From Opitutales bacterium (GTDB taxonomy: Bacteria > Verrucomicrobiota > Verrucomicrobiia > Opitutales > PNEW01), in the NCBI GenBank assembly GCA_965197745.1, contig CBDANS010000007.1, positions 1,728,001-1,792,000 on the forward strand: a stretch of DNA of 64,000 nucleotides. Reading direction: 5' to 3'. Below are positions 41,915-51,893 of this stretch, in pieces. Each line of letters starts with the position of its first letter. Within the stretch, counting starts at the first letter, position 1. Below the pieces are notes generated by a model that made no database searches, had not been told where the DNA came from, and worked only from the letters and a program-made list of their open reading frames with translations. A program made the translations under genes and the position numbers.

Positions 41915-43380
41915 TTAATTTAATTGGCGTTGGAATAACCAACTAAATACAGATTTTGCCCCAGGAGTAAGACGACTTCGGTTATATTGGTCGCCTATTT
42001 TGCGTGCGATTTCAGCAAAAGTAGGGTAGGCGTGAATAGTAGCGGCGATTTTTTCAAACCTATTCCATATTTCATGGCCAGCACAAATTCGTGAAGAAGA
42101 TCCCCTGCGTGTTCAGCGACAATAGTTACGCCAAGGATGCGATCTTTATTTTTCTCAGTGAGAATTTTAATAAATCCATGATCGGCGCTTTCCAAAATAG
42201 CCCGGTCCAGATCGTCCATATTTAAAGTATAAAGGTCATACTCGAGATTCTCTTTTTTGGCATCAGTCTCGTTAAGACCGACACGTGCTACCTCAGGGCT
42301 GATATATGTCGCCCAGGGGACAATCCGATAGTCCATTTTAGCGTAAAGAGCTTTAAGCGGCATCATGATATTACGCACGATAGTGCGTGCCTGGAAATCC
42401 GCAACATGCGTGAACTGGTAAGAACCTGCAATATCACCCGCTGCCCAGATATGCGGCTGGTTTGTCTGCATATATTCATTTACAATTACTCCGTGTTTAT
42501 TGAATTCAACCCCGGCTGCTTCCAGATTAAGTGATTCAGTATTGGGGATACGGCCTGCGGATACGAGAACCGCATCAACTTCCAGGGTCTCTGCGCCATA
42601 TTGATCCTGACCATTTTTTGGTCTTTCAAATTCGAGGGATATTTTACCGTTTTTATGCGTGAATTGTTTGGTCTCAATCCACGTATAAATATCTACCCCT
42701 TCCGCCTCCATGATTTTACGCGCGTAGGCACTAACATCGGGATCCTCGCGAATGAGAATTTGTGGTGCGAGATCTAAAAGGGATACTTTGATACCAAGGC
42801 GATTCATGACTTGACCCAATTCACTGCCAATGGGGCCACCGCCAATGACAATCATGCTTTCGGGTTTTTCATGCAACTCGTCAAATATTGTTTCGTTAGT
42901 ATAATAAGGTATGGAATCAAGTCCTGGAATAGGGGGGATCCCCGCTCGACTCCCCGTGGCAATAACTATATTTCTACCCTTTAATACCTGACCGTTTACT
43001 TCTACTTCGTAGGGTGAAATGAATTTTGCGTCTCCACGAAAAACATCGACGCCGAGGCTTTCAAATCTTTCCTGTGAGTCATTAGGTTCGATCTTGGCGC
43101 GTCGGGCACGCATGCTTTCGAATATGCTGGTAAACTCAAATTGTGGTTCCTGTCTATTCAGACCCCACTTATCCGCTTCGCGAATGGTTTGAATAACACG
43201 GGCAGAAGAAATAAGCCCTTTACTCGGGACACAGCCATAGTTGAGGCAATCACCCCCCATTTTTTTTCTTTCTATAAGTGCGGCTCTACCTCCCAATCCG
43301 GCAATTGCCGAAGTTACTACAAGTCCTGCTGTTCCTGCCCCAATTGCGATAACGTTGTATATTCCTTTATCTTTTGCCAT
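41915..43380 (-). pseudogene. FAD-dependent pyridine nucleotide-disulfide oxidoreductase (mercuric reductase/LPD-like) with a C-terminal frameshift
   Basis: GAGTAG, GGDCLNYGCVPSK and GGGPIG motifs. Adding one A to the A6 run (T6 at 42049-42054) restores KKIAATIHAYPTFAE...RLTP...QLN* ending at 41915. Confidence 0.8.
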
Positions 43381-44293
43381 AAGTAAGATTCTGATACGAT
43401 AATTTGCTTAATGCGAAATATTTAAATTTTCTGGGTGGATATGAGTATTTTGCCTTATTTCATTGCCGACCGGATTTTATAATCACAGGAGCAATATAAT
43501 ATACAATCTATTCCTCTATTTAGGGTTAAGAGTTGAAAAAGGGGCGTCTTAGCAGTAAATTTATAGATAATCCCGTATTATTGGAGTTTTGGGGAACAAA
43601 ATCCAACTGATGATACTCTTATTTAAAATATTAAAAGATATGTCATCAAAAATTCAAAATGTGTCGATTGATAAGGTCTTAGTGGAACGGATCAAGGACG
43701 GAGATTCCACTGCATTCGACGAGATGGTCTCCCGCTATTGGGACCGTATTTACGCCCGCGTCCTGCAATTGTTGAGAAATCGCCAAGATGCCGAGGAAGT
43801 CACACAAGACGCTTTCGTTCGGGCTCATCGTGGCCTTGAGAATTTTCGTGGTGACTCCTCATTTTCTACCTGGTTATTCCAAATTGCCACTAATCTGGCA
43901 CATAATAAATACTGGTATTGGTGGCGCCGGAAACGTGACGCATCCATTTCATTTGATCAGAACTTTTCAGACGAAGGAGATGTGACACTGATTGATATCA
44001 TTCCGGCAGAAGGACAAGATCCGTATGATGAAACAGTGACGCGAGAGTTTGTTGAACGGGTAGGGGATTGTATGCCTTTGCTAAGCGAAAAACATAAGGA
44101 AATATTAACCCTGCGTATTGTGAATGATCTGACCTATGATGAAATTTCCGATAAATTAAAAACGGAATTTCCTAGTTAAGACCTTAAGTAACTTCATAAA
44201 TAAATATTATAGATCTCATAAGTAATATTACTATATTACTTTAAGGCCCTGATTAAGTATTGAGTTTTTATACTTTGTGTGTATATTAAACTC

Positions 44294-45173
44294 ATGAATA
44301 TAACACAAATATTTAAAAGTTTTCCAACTCAAGAATCCTGCATAGAACATCTTGAAAACGCACGCTGGAAAGGAACACCAACCTGCCCGTATTGTAATTC
44401 TACCAATACTGCTCCACACGAGCATCGACACCGTTGCTACACTTGCAAGACTTCATTTAGTGTAACGGTTCGCACTATTTTCCACCATACACACATACCA
44501 CTTCAAAAGTGGTTCTTAGCAATTTCATTGGTGTTAAATGCAAGAAAAGGTATTTCGGCTTTACAGCTTTCACGTGATTTAGAAGTAAACAAGAATACTG
44601 CTTGGCGTATAGCAATGCAGATTCGTAAAGCTATGACACAATTCCAACAACGTGAATTATTGACTGGTATTGTGGAAATGGATGAAACTTACATTGGCGG
44701 GAAACCAAGGAAAGGAACAAAAGGGGACGGTTCCGATGGCAAGCATAAAACAGGTGGTGGAACAAAGAAACCACCTGTAATAGGTGCAGTAGAACGTGGA
44801 GGTAAGGTAACTGCCAAAGCTACTGATAAGACTGAGATGAAGGGGGCTCACATGCGTGCTTTCGTCCGTGAACGTGTAGATACAAAAAAAACAAGGTTAA
44901 TGACTGATGAATATAAAAGCTATATTGGCATGTCTAAATTATTGCCCCATTCCGTAATTGAACATAAAGAATGGTATGTAAATGGGGATATTCATACCAA
45001 CACCATAGAGGGCTTCTGGGCGCTTTTAAAACGAGGTATGTTCGGTCATTCACAGTGTATCCCGTAAACACTTACAACGCTATGTAGACGAATTTTGCTA
45101 TCGTTTTAACCTACGCAACGATGACGCATCTAATGCTTTTGAACTCACCATTAATAGAGGGCTAGGAATATGA
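44294..45173 (+). pseudogene. IS1595-family DDE transposase with a frameshift near its C-terminus
   Basis: Zn ribbon CPYC...CYTC, EMDETY, TDEY and HTNTIEGFW. Frame break at about 45047-45050; the other frame gives HSVSRKHLQRYVDEFCYRFN...GI* with TGA at 45171-45173. Confidence 0.9.
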
Positions 45174-46069
45174 AAAATAAGAAACCATTAAAAGTTGTCG
45201 CTGGAACACCAGACAAACCATTAATAATAGGAGACACTCATATTTCCTGTTATGTGCTTGAAAATGAAACCCGTGTCTTAACCCAAACGGGATTTCTAAC
45301 CGCTATTGGCAGATCTCCTTCTCCTATGGCAGGTAGGGGTGCTATGTCCGGAATCGATAACCTACCCACTTTTTTGGTGTCTAAGAACCTTAAACCATTT
45401 ATAACAAAAGAGTTAACAGCTTCGATAACTTCGATACAGTTTAGAATGAAAAAAGGAGGATATGCAATAGGGTATGATGCTAAGTTATTACCCCAAGTTT
45501 GTGAAGTTTACCTTAAAGCACGTGATGCAGGTGCGCTATTACCATCACAACTACATATTGCAGCACAAGCTGAAATTCTCATGCGTGGTCTCGCAACGGT
45601 CGGCATTATCGCCCTTGTAGATGAAGCAACTGGATATCAGAAACTAAGGGAGAAACATGCCCTTGCTACAATCTTAGAGAGATTTATAGCTGATGAACTT
45701 CAATCTTGGACTAAAACGTTTCCCTATGAATTTTACAGACAAATCTTCCGCCTTAGAAATTGGTCAGATCCTGATGGTGTCAAAAAACCGTCAGTGATTG
45801 GACACTATACAAACGATTTTGTATACGATCGCTTAGCTCCGGGGATACTAGACGAACTCAAGAAAATCAATCCTAAAACCCCAAGAGGATATAGGAAGGC
45901 AAAACATCACCAATGGTTTACACCTGACATTGGCCACCCAAGACTCAAGGAACACTTAGCCGCAGTGATTGCGCTTATGAGGGCTGCTGCAAATTGGGAT
46001 GATTTCCACAGAAGTTTAAATCGTGCCTTCCCAAAGATAAATGAAACAATGGAGCTACCTTTCGACTAA
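45170..46069 (+). CDS. P63C domain-containing protein (IS passenger)
   Basis: CYVLENETRVLTQ, VGIIALVDEATGYQ, WTKTFPYEFY, VYDRLAPG and HHQWFT motifs; ATGA overlap with the transposase stop. Confidence 0.85.
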   Translation: MKNKKPLKVVAGTPDKPLIIGDTHISCYVLENETRVLTQTGFLTAIGRSPSPMAGRGAMSGIDNLPTFLVSKNLKPFITKELTASITSIQFRMKKGGYAIGYDAKLLPQVCEVYLKARDAGALLPSQLHIAAQAEILMRGLATVGIIALVDEATGYQKLREKHALATILERFIADELQSWTKTFPYEFYRQIFRLRNWSDPDGVKKPSVIGHYTNDFVYDRLAPGILDELKKINPKTPRGYRKAKHHQWFTPDIGHPRLKEHLAAVIALMRAAANWDDFHRSLNRAFPKINETMELPFD

Positions 46070-46093
46070 TAATAACCTAACTGAGGATAAATT

Positions 46094-46252
46094 ATGTTTA
46101 AATTATGGATTGTTTACGCATTAGCTGGATGGATATTTGGTAATGGGCTTTGTAAAATTCGCACAAGCAACACTCTCCCTAAGTATATTATGTGTATATT
46201 AGAAATAATCGGCCCTACAATTGCATTGATCCTTTATAATTATCTAGATTAA
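46094..46252 (+). CDS. 52-aa small membrane protein with two hydrophobic segments (IS passenger)
   Basis: GAGGA RBS; MFKLWIVYALAGWIFGNGLCKIRTSNTLPKYIMCILEIIGPTIALILYNYLD*. Below the ORF-track length cutoff. Confidence 0.55.
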   Translation: MFKLWIVYALAGWIFGNGLCKIRTSNTLPKYIMCILEIIGPTIALILYNYLD

Positions 46253-46259
46253 TGCTTTG

Positions 46260-46352
46260 CTATGAATTATCGTAATTTTCCCATTTCATAAGCATATATT
46301 TCAAGATCGCTGCGCCTATAAATATTAATGCTGGTATAATAATCTCTTCCAT
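46260..46352 (-). CDS. 30-aa single-TM micro-peptide, type I toxin-like (IS passenger)
   Basis: AAAGGA-N5-ATG; MEEIIIPALIFIGAAILKYMLMKWENYDNS*. Confidence 0.5.
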   Translation of the reverse strand: MEEIIIPALIFIGAAILKYMLMKWENYDNS

Positions 46353-46490
46353 TTGTTTCCTTTATTTGATTTATTTTAATTAAGATCTTAAACTAGGAAA
46401 TTCCGAATTAAAAATCAGCGGCGGCACCGTGAAAAGTAGAATTGCCAGAGCGCGCAACAGCCTTCGAGGCAAACTGGGAACCGATATTAT

Positions 46491-47276
46491 ATGATGCTTT
46501 CCAGATTCCAGGAACTGATAAACTTATACCTCGATAAGGAGATATCAGAAGATCAACTTAATCTTCTAAAAAAGGAAATAGAGAAAAGTGATAAGAAGAA
46601 AAAATTATTTTCTTTTTACTGTCGCTTACATCACGCATCGAAGCTCGCTCTTGTAAGGATGCAAGCTGGAGCGGCCAGGTCTGAACACACCGAAAGCAAT
46701 AGATCTGCATATCTTGATCACGCCAAGACTATTGAAGTCGACTTTAATAACGGTAAAATTTTAAGTGGTGAAGGTCTGAGAGAAAAGAATCTCCCGAAGT
46801 AAAAAGCAAATGCGTATCTATATATTGGGTCAATAGCTGCTTCTTTCTCTATAACATTTCTCCTATTAGGCGTTGTATTAATAAACAGCACGGCTGAACC
46901 ACAGCTTAGTGATAGCCCTGTTAGCGATACGGTTATCATGGAAGTAAACAACACAGTCAGTTCTGAGAGGGAGATTCCCATGGTTCTCGCCTCAAATACT
47001 GATAACATCAGTGACGATTTATTAAAAAAAGTGTCAGATGTTGCGGATATAATTTGGGAATATGATGGTATTGAGAGCTCATTTCACAACAAGGATAGTT
47101 CATTCACTCAATTTCACAGCCGTATTGATTCGAATACGATTTTCCAACCCGAAGAAGCAATTAAAGTTTCCCCTGTATTTGATAATGGAAATATCAGACC
47201 CGTTTTATTAAGCCCCTCGGGTTCAAGGAGAAGCAACTTTAAAGCCGAATTAACGAATTTACGTTTCCAGCGTTAA
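46491..47276 (+). pseudogene. Putative anti-sigma factor with one in-frame TAA at 46800-46802
   Basis: N-terminal RFQELINLYLDKEIS...YCRLH domain and ATGA coupling to the sigma stop. ORFs 46491 and 46938 share a frame, and reading through the stop gives the TM helix YLYIGSIAASFSITFLLLGVVLI. Confidence 0.75.
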
Positions 47277-47292
47277 TAGGGAATGGGGTTAT

Positions 47293-47901
47293 TCAGTTAA
47301 GGGCAGATCGAATTAGCTCCTCCGTGCTCGCTTCTGAACCCAGTTTACTAAGCGCCCCACGAACCAGCTTGTCGGCAACGGGTGCTTTATAACCCAAGGC
47401 AACGAGAGCGAGGACGGCATCCTGTATGTGGTTGTCAGCAACCGAAGACGGTTCTCCGCTGTGACGCGCCTGCCGCTCCTCACGAGTCGATGAGGACACG
47501 AACACTGTATCCTTAAGTTCAAGGACAAGCCTTTCAGCCGTTTTTTTACCTATCCCCGGACATTTGGCAAGCAAGCTGGTGTCGGAAGCAGCGATAGCGC
47601 TTTTCAGAACAGTAACTGAAAGTTTGCTCATTATGCTGATGGCGATTTTCGGTCCAATTCCTGAGACTTTAAAAGTGAGAAGCTTAAAAAAATCTCTATC
47701 TTCAGCGTTATGAAATCCGTAAATTGCTTGAGAATCTTCACGATAAACAGTAACCGTGTATAACTTTACGCGTTCACCCAGAGTGGGAAGCTTTTCCATG
47801 GTCGTGACGGGGATGTTTACTTCATATCCCAGGCCATTTATCTCTATGACGGCAAGAAGAGGCGCGGCTTCAGTCAATATACCATCGATAGTCGCAATCA
47901 T
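47293..47901 (-). CDS. ruvA: Holliday junction branch migration protein RuvA
   Basis: GLGYEV, YRED, VSGIGPKIA, PGIGKKTAERLVLELK and ALVALGY motifs. Confidence 0.95.
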   Translation of the reverse strand: MIATIDGILTEAAPLLAVIEINGLGYEVNIPVTTMEKLPTLGERVKLYTVTVYREDSQAIYGFHNAEDRDFFKLLTFKVSGIGPKIAISIMSKLSVTVLKSAIAASDTSLLAKCPGIGKKTAERLVLELKDTVFVSSSTREERQARHSGEPSSVADNHIQDAVLALVALGYKAPVADKLVRGALSKLGSEASTEELIRSALN

Positions 47902-47938
47902 TACTGCTCTTAGTGAAAAGATTAATGATCAGAACGAA

Positions 47939-48673
47939 TCAATCTTTCAATCCTAATACATCCTGCATACTGTAACAGCCTGGAGCTTTATCCCGCACCC
48001 AATGGGCTGCATTTAAAGCTCCTTGAGCAAAAATCAGTCGATCACCAGCTTTATGTGCCAATTCAATCCGCTCACCGGGGCCGGCAAAAATAACTGTATG
48101 TTCTCCTACCTCATCACCACCACGCAACGCATGCACTCCAATCTCATCATCAGGACGCTCACCCGTTATTCCATGTCTGCCATAGCGAACACAATCCGGA
48201 GCCAGATTTCGGCTTTTTAAAATGGCTTCAACCAGTCCTTCAGCAGTTCCACTGGGGGCATCTTTTTTATGCTGGTGGTGCATCTCTACCACTTCAGGAT
48301 GATAGTGACTGTCAAGTATCTTTGCGGCTTTTGATGTAAGGTAAAAGAGCAAGTTCACTCCAATAGAGTAATTCCCCGCCCATACCATGGGAACACTGGA
48401 TGATAATTGGATTATTTCACTTCGTTCTGCATCAGTATGCCCGGTAGTTCCAATGACAATGGGTTTCCCATGATCCCTGGCCAGTTTGACAATACCGGCA
48501 GTCACTACATGAAAACTAAAATCGACAATAACATCACAATGATCGATTGCCGATGACGGGTCGTCGCCGATATCAATGGAAGATTCGATATGGGCATCAA
48601 ATTGAGGTGAAGCAGCAGTGATGGTTTGACCCATCCGGCCCTTAGCACCATTGAGTAAGATTTTTAATGGCAT
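47939..48673 (-). CDS. dapB: 4-hydroxy-tetrahydrodipicolinate reductase
   Basis: GAKGRMG, IGTTG and EMHHQHKKDAPSGTA motifs. Confidence 0.96.
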   Translation of the reverse strand: MPLKILLNGAKGRMGQTITAASPQFDAHIESSIDIGDDPSSAIDHCDVIVDFSFHVVTAGIVKLARDHGKPIVIGTTGHTDAERSEIIQLSSSVPMVWAGNYSIGVNLLFYLTSKAAKILDSHYHPEVVEMHHQHKKDAPSGTAEGLVEAILKSRNLAPDCVRYGRHGITGERPDDEIGVHALRGGDEVGEHTVIFAGPGERIELAHKAGDRLIFAQGALNAAHWVRDKAPGCYSMQDVLGLKD

Positions 48674-48691
48674 GAAAGGTTTTGCTGGAGA

Positions 48692-49588
48692 TCACGATGT
48701 TTTTAAACCAAGTTGATCCAAGGTAAGATCCAGTATTTTCTGATTAGGATCTGTCATTGCATAGAGTGGCAGGCGAACTTCTGCCGACCTGATAATTCCT
48801 GCTTGTGAACAGGCTGATTTGATGGGAACCGGACTTGTTTCGATAAAGAGGTTTTTAAATAAAGAATAGTATTTTTTGTGTAAGCTGGTTGCCTTGGCAA
48901 AATCGTTGTCGAGCGCAGCGTGAACCATTTCAACCAGATCACCTGGAATAAGATTGGAAGCCACACTGATGACCCCATTGGCGCCAACAGAGATGAAAGG
49001 TAAAGTGAGACTGTCATCCCCACTTATTACCGATAAATCGTCACCCATCGCGCCAACCAACTGGCTTACACGGTCACAAGAACCACCTGCTTCCTTGATG
49101 GTATTGACGTGGGGATATTTAGATAGCAATCTTTCAACGGTATCGACGGCAATTTCAATACCGCAGCGCGAGGGAATGGAGTAGAGAATAATAGGTTTGT
49201 CTGTAGTCTCAGCGATGACACTAAAATGTTGAAACAAACCTTCCTGGCTGGGTTTGTTATAGTAGGGGGCTACCTGGAGGAACCCATCAGCGCCCGCTTT
49301 ATCTGCTTTTTGCGTATAATGTAAAGCTTCATCCGTTGAGTTTGCACCTGTCCCCGCAATCACGGGGACACGACCGGCAGCTATTTCCACGCTGTAACGT
49401 ATCACTTCTATATGCTCATCCGGGCTGAGGGTTGGCGATTCACCGGTGGTGCCAACCGGAACAATTCCATCAATGCCCCCTTTAATCTGGCACTCGATAA
49501 GCTTCCCCAAATCTTCATAGGATACATTTCCCTCATAAAAGGGAGTAATTATTGCGGTATAAACACCAGAAATATGTGTTGAGTTCAT
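48692..49588 (-). CDS. dapA: 4-hydroxy-tetrahydrodipicolinate synthase
   Basis: TAIITPF, GTTGESPTL, PYYNKPSQ and IKEA motifs; adjacent to dapB. Confidence 0.95.
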   Translation of the reverse strand: MNSTHISGVYTAIITPFYEGNVSYEDLGKLIECQIKGGIDGIVPVGTTGESPTLSPDEHIEVIRYSVEIAAGRVPVIAGTGANSTDEALHYTQKADKAGADGFLQVAPYYNKPSQEGLFQHFSVIAETTDKPIILYSIPSRCGIEIAVDTVERLLSKYPHVNTIKEAGGSCDRVSQLVGAMGDDLSVISGDDSLTLPFISVGANGVISVASNLIPGDLVEMVHAALDNDFAKATSLHKKYYSLFKNLFIETSPVPIKSACSQAGIIRSAEVRLPLYAMTDPNQKILDLTLDQLGLKTS

Positions 49589-49722
49589 AATGATTTTGGT
49601 GTAAACATATTGTTGTGGTTCAATCGAATGATAAGAAAGGAGAGGAATATTACTAAAGTCTTTTAAATTTCTTTCATTACAATATGTAAATCTAATTATC
49701 AAATCATATCAATTAAATATCC

Positions 49723-50829
49723 ATGACAGAAGCCATCGATACTTTTAACAGTCTGCTATCTCTCGCAGTTGAAAACGGCGCCAGCGACATTCATATTAAA
49801 ACTGACAAAGCCGCTATGCTCCGACTCAACGGTAGCCTCCAATCAATAGATATGGATCCCCTTACCGGAGAAATGGTAAACGATTTTATTGAGACCACAT
49901 GTCCTGAACAGTTTATCGAAAACTGGCATGATGATAACCAGGTTGATTACTCCTATAGTTTGGACAGCCTGGGCCGATTCCGCGTTAATGGGTTTTATCA
50001 GCGAGGAACCATCAGTATGGTCTTTCGCCATGTAAATGACCGTCCTCCTACATTTGAAGATCTCAATCATGACTCGGAGACACTGATTACCCTGTGTAAT
50101 AACAAGGATGGTATTTGTCTCGTATGTGGTGCAACCGGGTCGGGTAAGAGTTCAACCCTGGCTGCCATGTTGAACTGGATTAACCATAATATGGATAAAC
50201 ATGTGGTGACTTTAGAAGATCCGATTGAATTCACCTATACCGATGTGAAAAGCGTATTTAATCAGCGTGAAGTAGGTATCGATTCCCCAACTTTCGGACT
50301 CGGAATGAAAGCCGTCCTGCGTCAGGATCCCGATATTATACTCATTGGTGAGATGCGCGATAAGGAAACATTTACTACCGCATTATCAGCAGCAGAGACC
50401 GGGCACCTTGTATTTGGAACCCTTCACTCCTCGAATGCCCAACAGGCTGTGCAGCGTTTATTTGAGTTTTTCCCTGCAGATCAGCAGGAAAATATGAGAA
50501 GACAAATTGCAGGGGCCCTGAAAGCTACAGTATCACAGCGGTTGGTGCCAAATTTGGATGGAACAGGGCGTGTGCCAGCACTCGAAATATTTGTTGTCGA
50601 TTCCTTGGGACGAAGAGTCATTGAGGATGGAGAATATGAAAAAATTAATTCAGTCATCGATGCAGGAAGCAAAGATTCGGGATCGAAATCTTTCAACGCT
50701 GATCTCTATCGCTTGATCAAGGGGGGTATGGTCACCAAAGAAGATGGTTTGGCTTACTCACCCAACGCCAAGGCATTAGAAATGAATCTCAAGGGGATAT
50801 TCCTGAGTACTGGCGGTATTGTGGGTTAG
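49723..50829 (+). CDS. pilT: Type IV pilus retraction ATPase, PilT/PilU family
   Basis: ASDIH, GATGSGKSST, EDPIE, LRQDPDIILIGEMRD and AETGHLVFGTLH motifs. Confidence 0.85.
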   Translation: MTEAIDTFNSLLSLAVENGASDIHIKTDKAAMLRLNGSLQSIDMDPLTGEMVNDFIETTCPEQFIENWHDDNQVDYSYSLDSLGRFRVNGFYQRGTISMVFRHVNDRPPTFEDLNHDSETLITLCNNKDGICLVCGATGSGKSSTLAAMLNWINHNMDKHVVTLEDPIEFTYTDVKSVFNQREVGIDSPTFGLGMKAVLRQDPDIILIGEMRDKETFTTALSAAETGHLVFGTLHSSNAQQAVQRLFEFFPADQQENMRRQIAGALKATVSQRLVPNLDGTGRVPALEIFVVDSLGRRVIEDGEYEKINSVIDAGSKDSGSKSFNADLYRLIKGGMVTKEDGLAYSPNAKALEMNLKGIFLSTGGIVG

Positions 50830-50850
50830 TAAATACAACCAGGCTTTTAA

Positions 50851-51828
50851 ATGCCGAAAATTTCAGTCTATCGAGCCTTGTTCTGGCTTCTGTCATTTAC
50901 CTTGTGTGTGGTAATTGTGCTTTTTGCAGATGAAAACACAGATCGGGAATTCTTAAAGAATTCCCGGGATGAGCTGAAACGTCTTAAGGAAATTTCGCAA
51001 AAGCCCGATAATGTATCGGAAGTAGGAGATAGTCCCTTTGCACGTCCGTTTAAACAAGCTCCGGTCCTTCCTATGCCAGGCATCCGCACTCTTTCAGCCA
51101 TACAAGAAAAAATGAATAATGAATCTCAATCAAGTGATAAAGAGAATAACTGGCTGCTATCAGGAATTAATAAACTTTCCGGCGTAGAGACACCCACCGA
51201 TGAAGAAAAGAAGGACCTCCTGGAAATGAAAGGAGAATTGAGTCTGCTGGATCGTTTTGTGTTGGAGCAGGAGCTGACCAAAAATAATGATCGAATCGCA
51301 CTGGTTCATGAATTGGATGATGAATCCAATGGTGATATTTTCGAGCAGAGCAATATTATGTTTGGCAATAGACCCGGAGGTGGCTTTTTTGATCTGGGGA
51401 ATATAGAGTCTCAAAGCGATCACACCTTTTTGGGTGAGCCGTCAGACCTCGCTATTAATCCTTATCTGGATAATCTTGAACGTTATTTTTTGACGATCGA
51501 TCTTCGAGGCAATGCTCCTTTATCCTTGAACATGCAAACAGATCATAACCCACAGGATTGGCAATTACCAAGCACTAGTGCGACAAGTGGATTACGCGAA
51601 GGATCAAAATCCCTCAAGTTTAACAATTCCTATTTGCGCGAGAGATCGTTTGCCATTGAATTATCTGGTCCGATGCCTGGTAGAAATGAAAATTTAACGA
51701 GTAAAAATAAATATTCCAGGCCTGATCGTTTATCTGAATCACTCGATCCTCATCACTCACCTGTCAATACGAGAACAGTCAATGAGCGCACTTATAAGCC
51801 ACCCGAGGATAATTTAAAGAAATGGTAA
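50851..51828 (+). CDS. Hypothetical membrane-anchored protein whose last 8 codons were displaced by an IS
   Basis: N-terminal TM/signal segment. Removing the IS restores ...EDNLKKYMPQLDSF* (stop 53168-53170) in place of ...EDNLKKW*. Confidence 0.7.
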   Translation: MPKISVYRALFWLLSFTLCVVIVLFADENTDREFLKNSRDELKRLKEISQKPDNVSEVGDSPFARPFKQAPVLPMPGIRTLSAIQEKMNNESQSSDKENNWLLSGINKLSGVETPTDEEKKDLLEMKGELSLLDRFVLEQELTKNNDRIALVHELDDESNGDIFEQSNIMFGNRPGGGFFDLGNIESQSDHTFLGEPSDLAINPYLDNLERYFLTIDLRGNAPLSLNMQTDHNPQDWQLPSTSATSGLREGSKSLKFNNSYLRERSFAIELSGPMPGRNENLTSKNKYSRPDRLSESLDPHHSPVNTRTVNERTYKPPEDNLKKW

Positions 51829-51893
51829 TTAATAGATTAGGGCTTGACAAAATGGATAAGATTCACAAGCTTAGGATAAAAGGAGAAAATAAA

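Larger units (their letters stand above)
44163..46405 (+). mobile_element. IS1595-family transporter IS, 2243 bp, carrying passenger genes
   Basis: TIRs CGGAATTTCCTAGTT-AAGACCTTAA (left) and CGGAATTTCCTAGTTTAAGATCTTAA (right, reverse complement); 9-bp TSD AATTAAAAA at 44154-44162 and 46406-46414. Confidence 0.93.
43640..46494 (+). pseudogene. ECF (sigma-70 group 4) sigma factor interrupted by an IS1595 element
   Basis: DAEEVTQDAF and FRGDSSFSTWLFQIATN (region 2). Joining 44162 to 46415 restores region 4.2: TYDEISDKLKISGGTVKSRIARARNSLRGKLGTDII*. Confidence 0.92.

Noticed and set aside
41915..43380. merA mercury-resistance gene
   Set aside because: No N-terminal HMA domain, no C-terminal Cys-Cys pair even in the repaired frame, and no mer operon genes nearby.
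44221..44240. Palindrome AGTAATATTACT and ATATTACT repeat inside the left end of the first IS
   Set aside because: Short and in very AT-rich DNA, so plausible by chance; no matching copy at the right end.
9158..46802. Stop-codon reassignment or pyrrolysine readthrough as the explanation for in-frame stops
   Set aside because: The two internal stops differ (TAG and TAA), and both codons end normal genes throughout the window.
51822..51893. Extended N-terminus of the second transposase in the ORF track
   Set aside because: That ATG lies in the TSD/TIR junction; the AGGAG-preceded ATG at 51894 matches the start of the first transposase.
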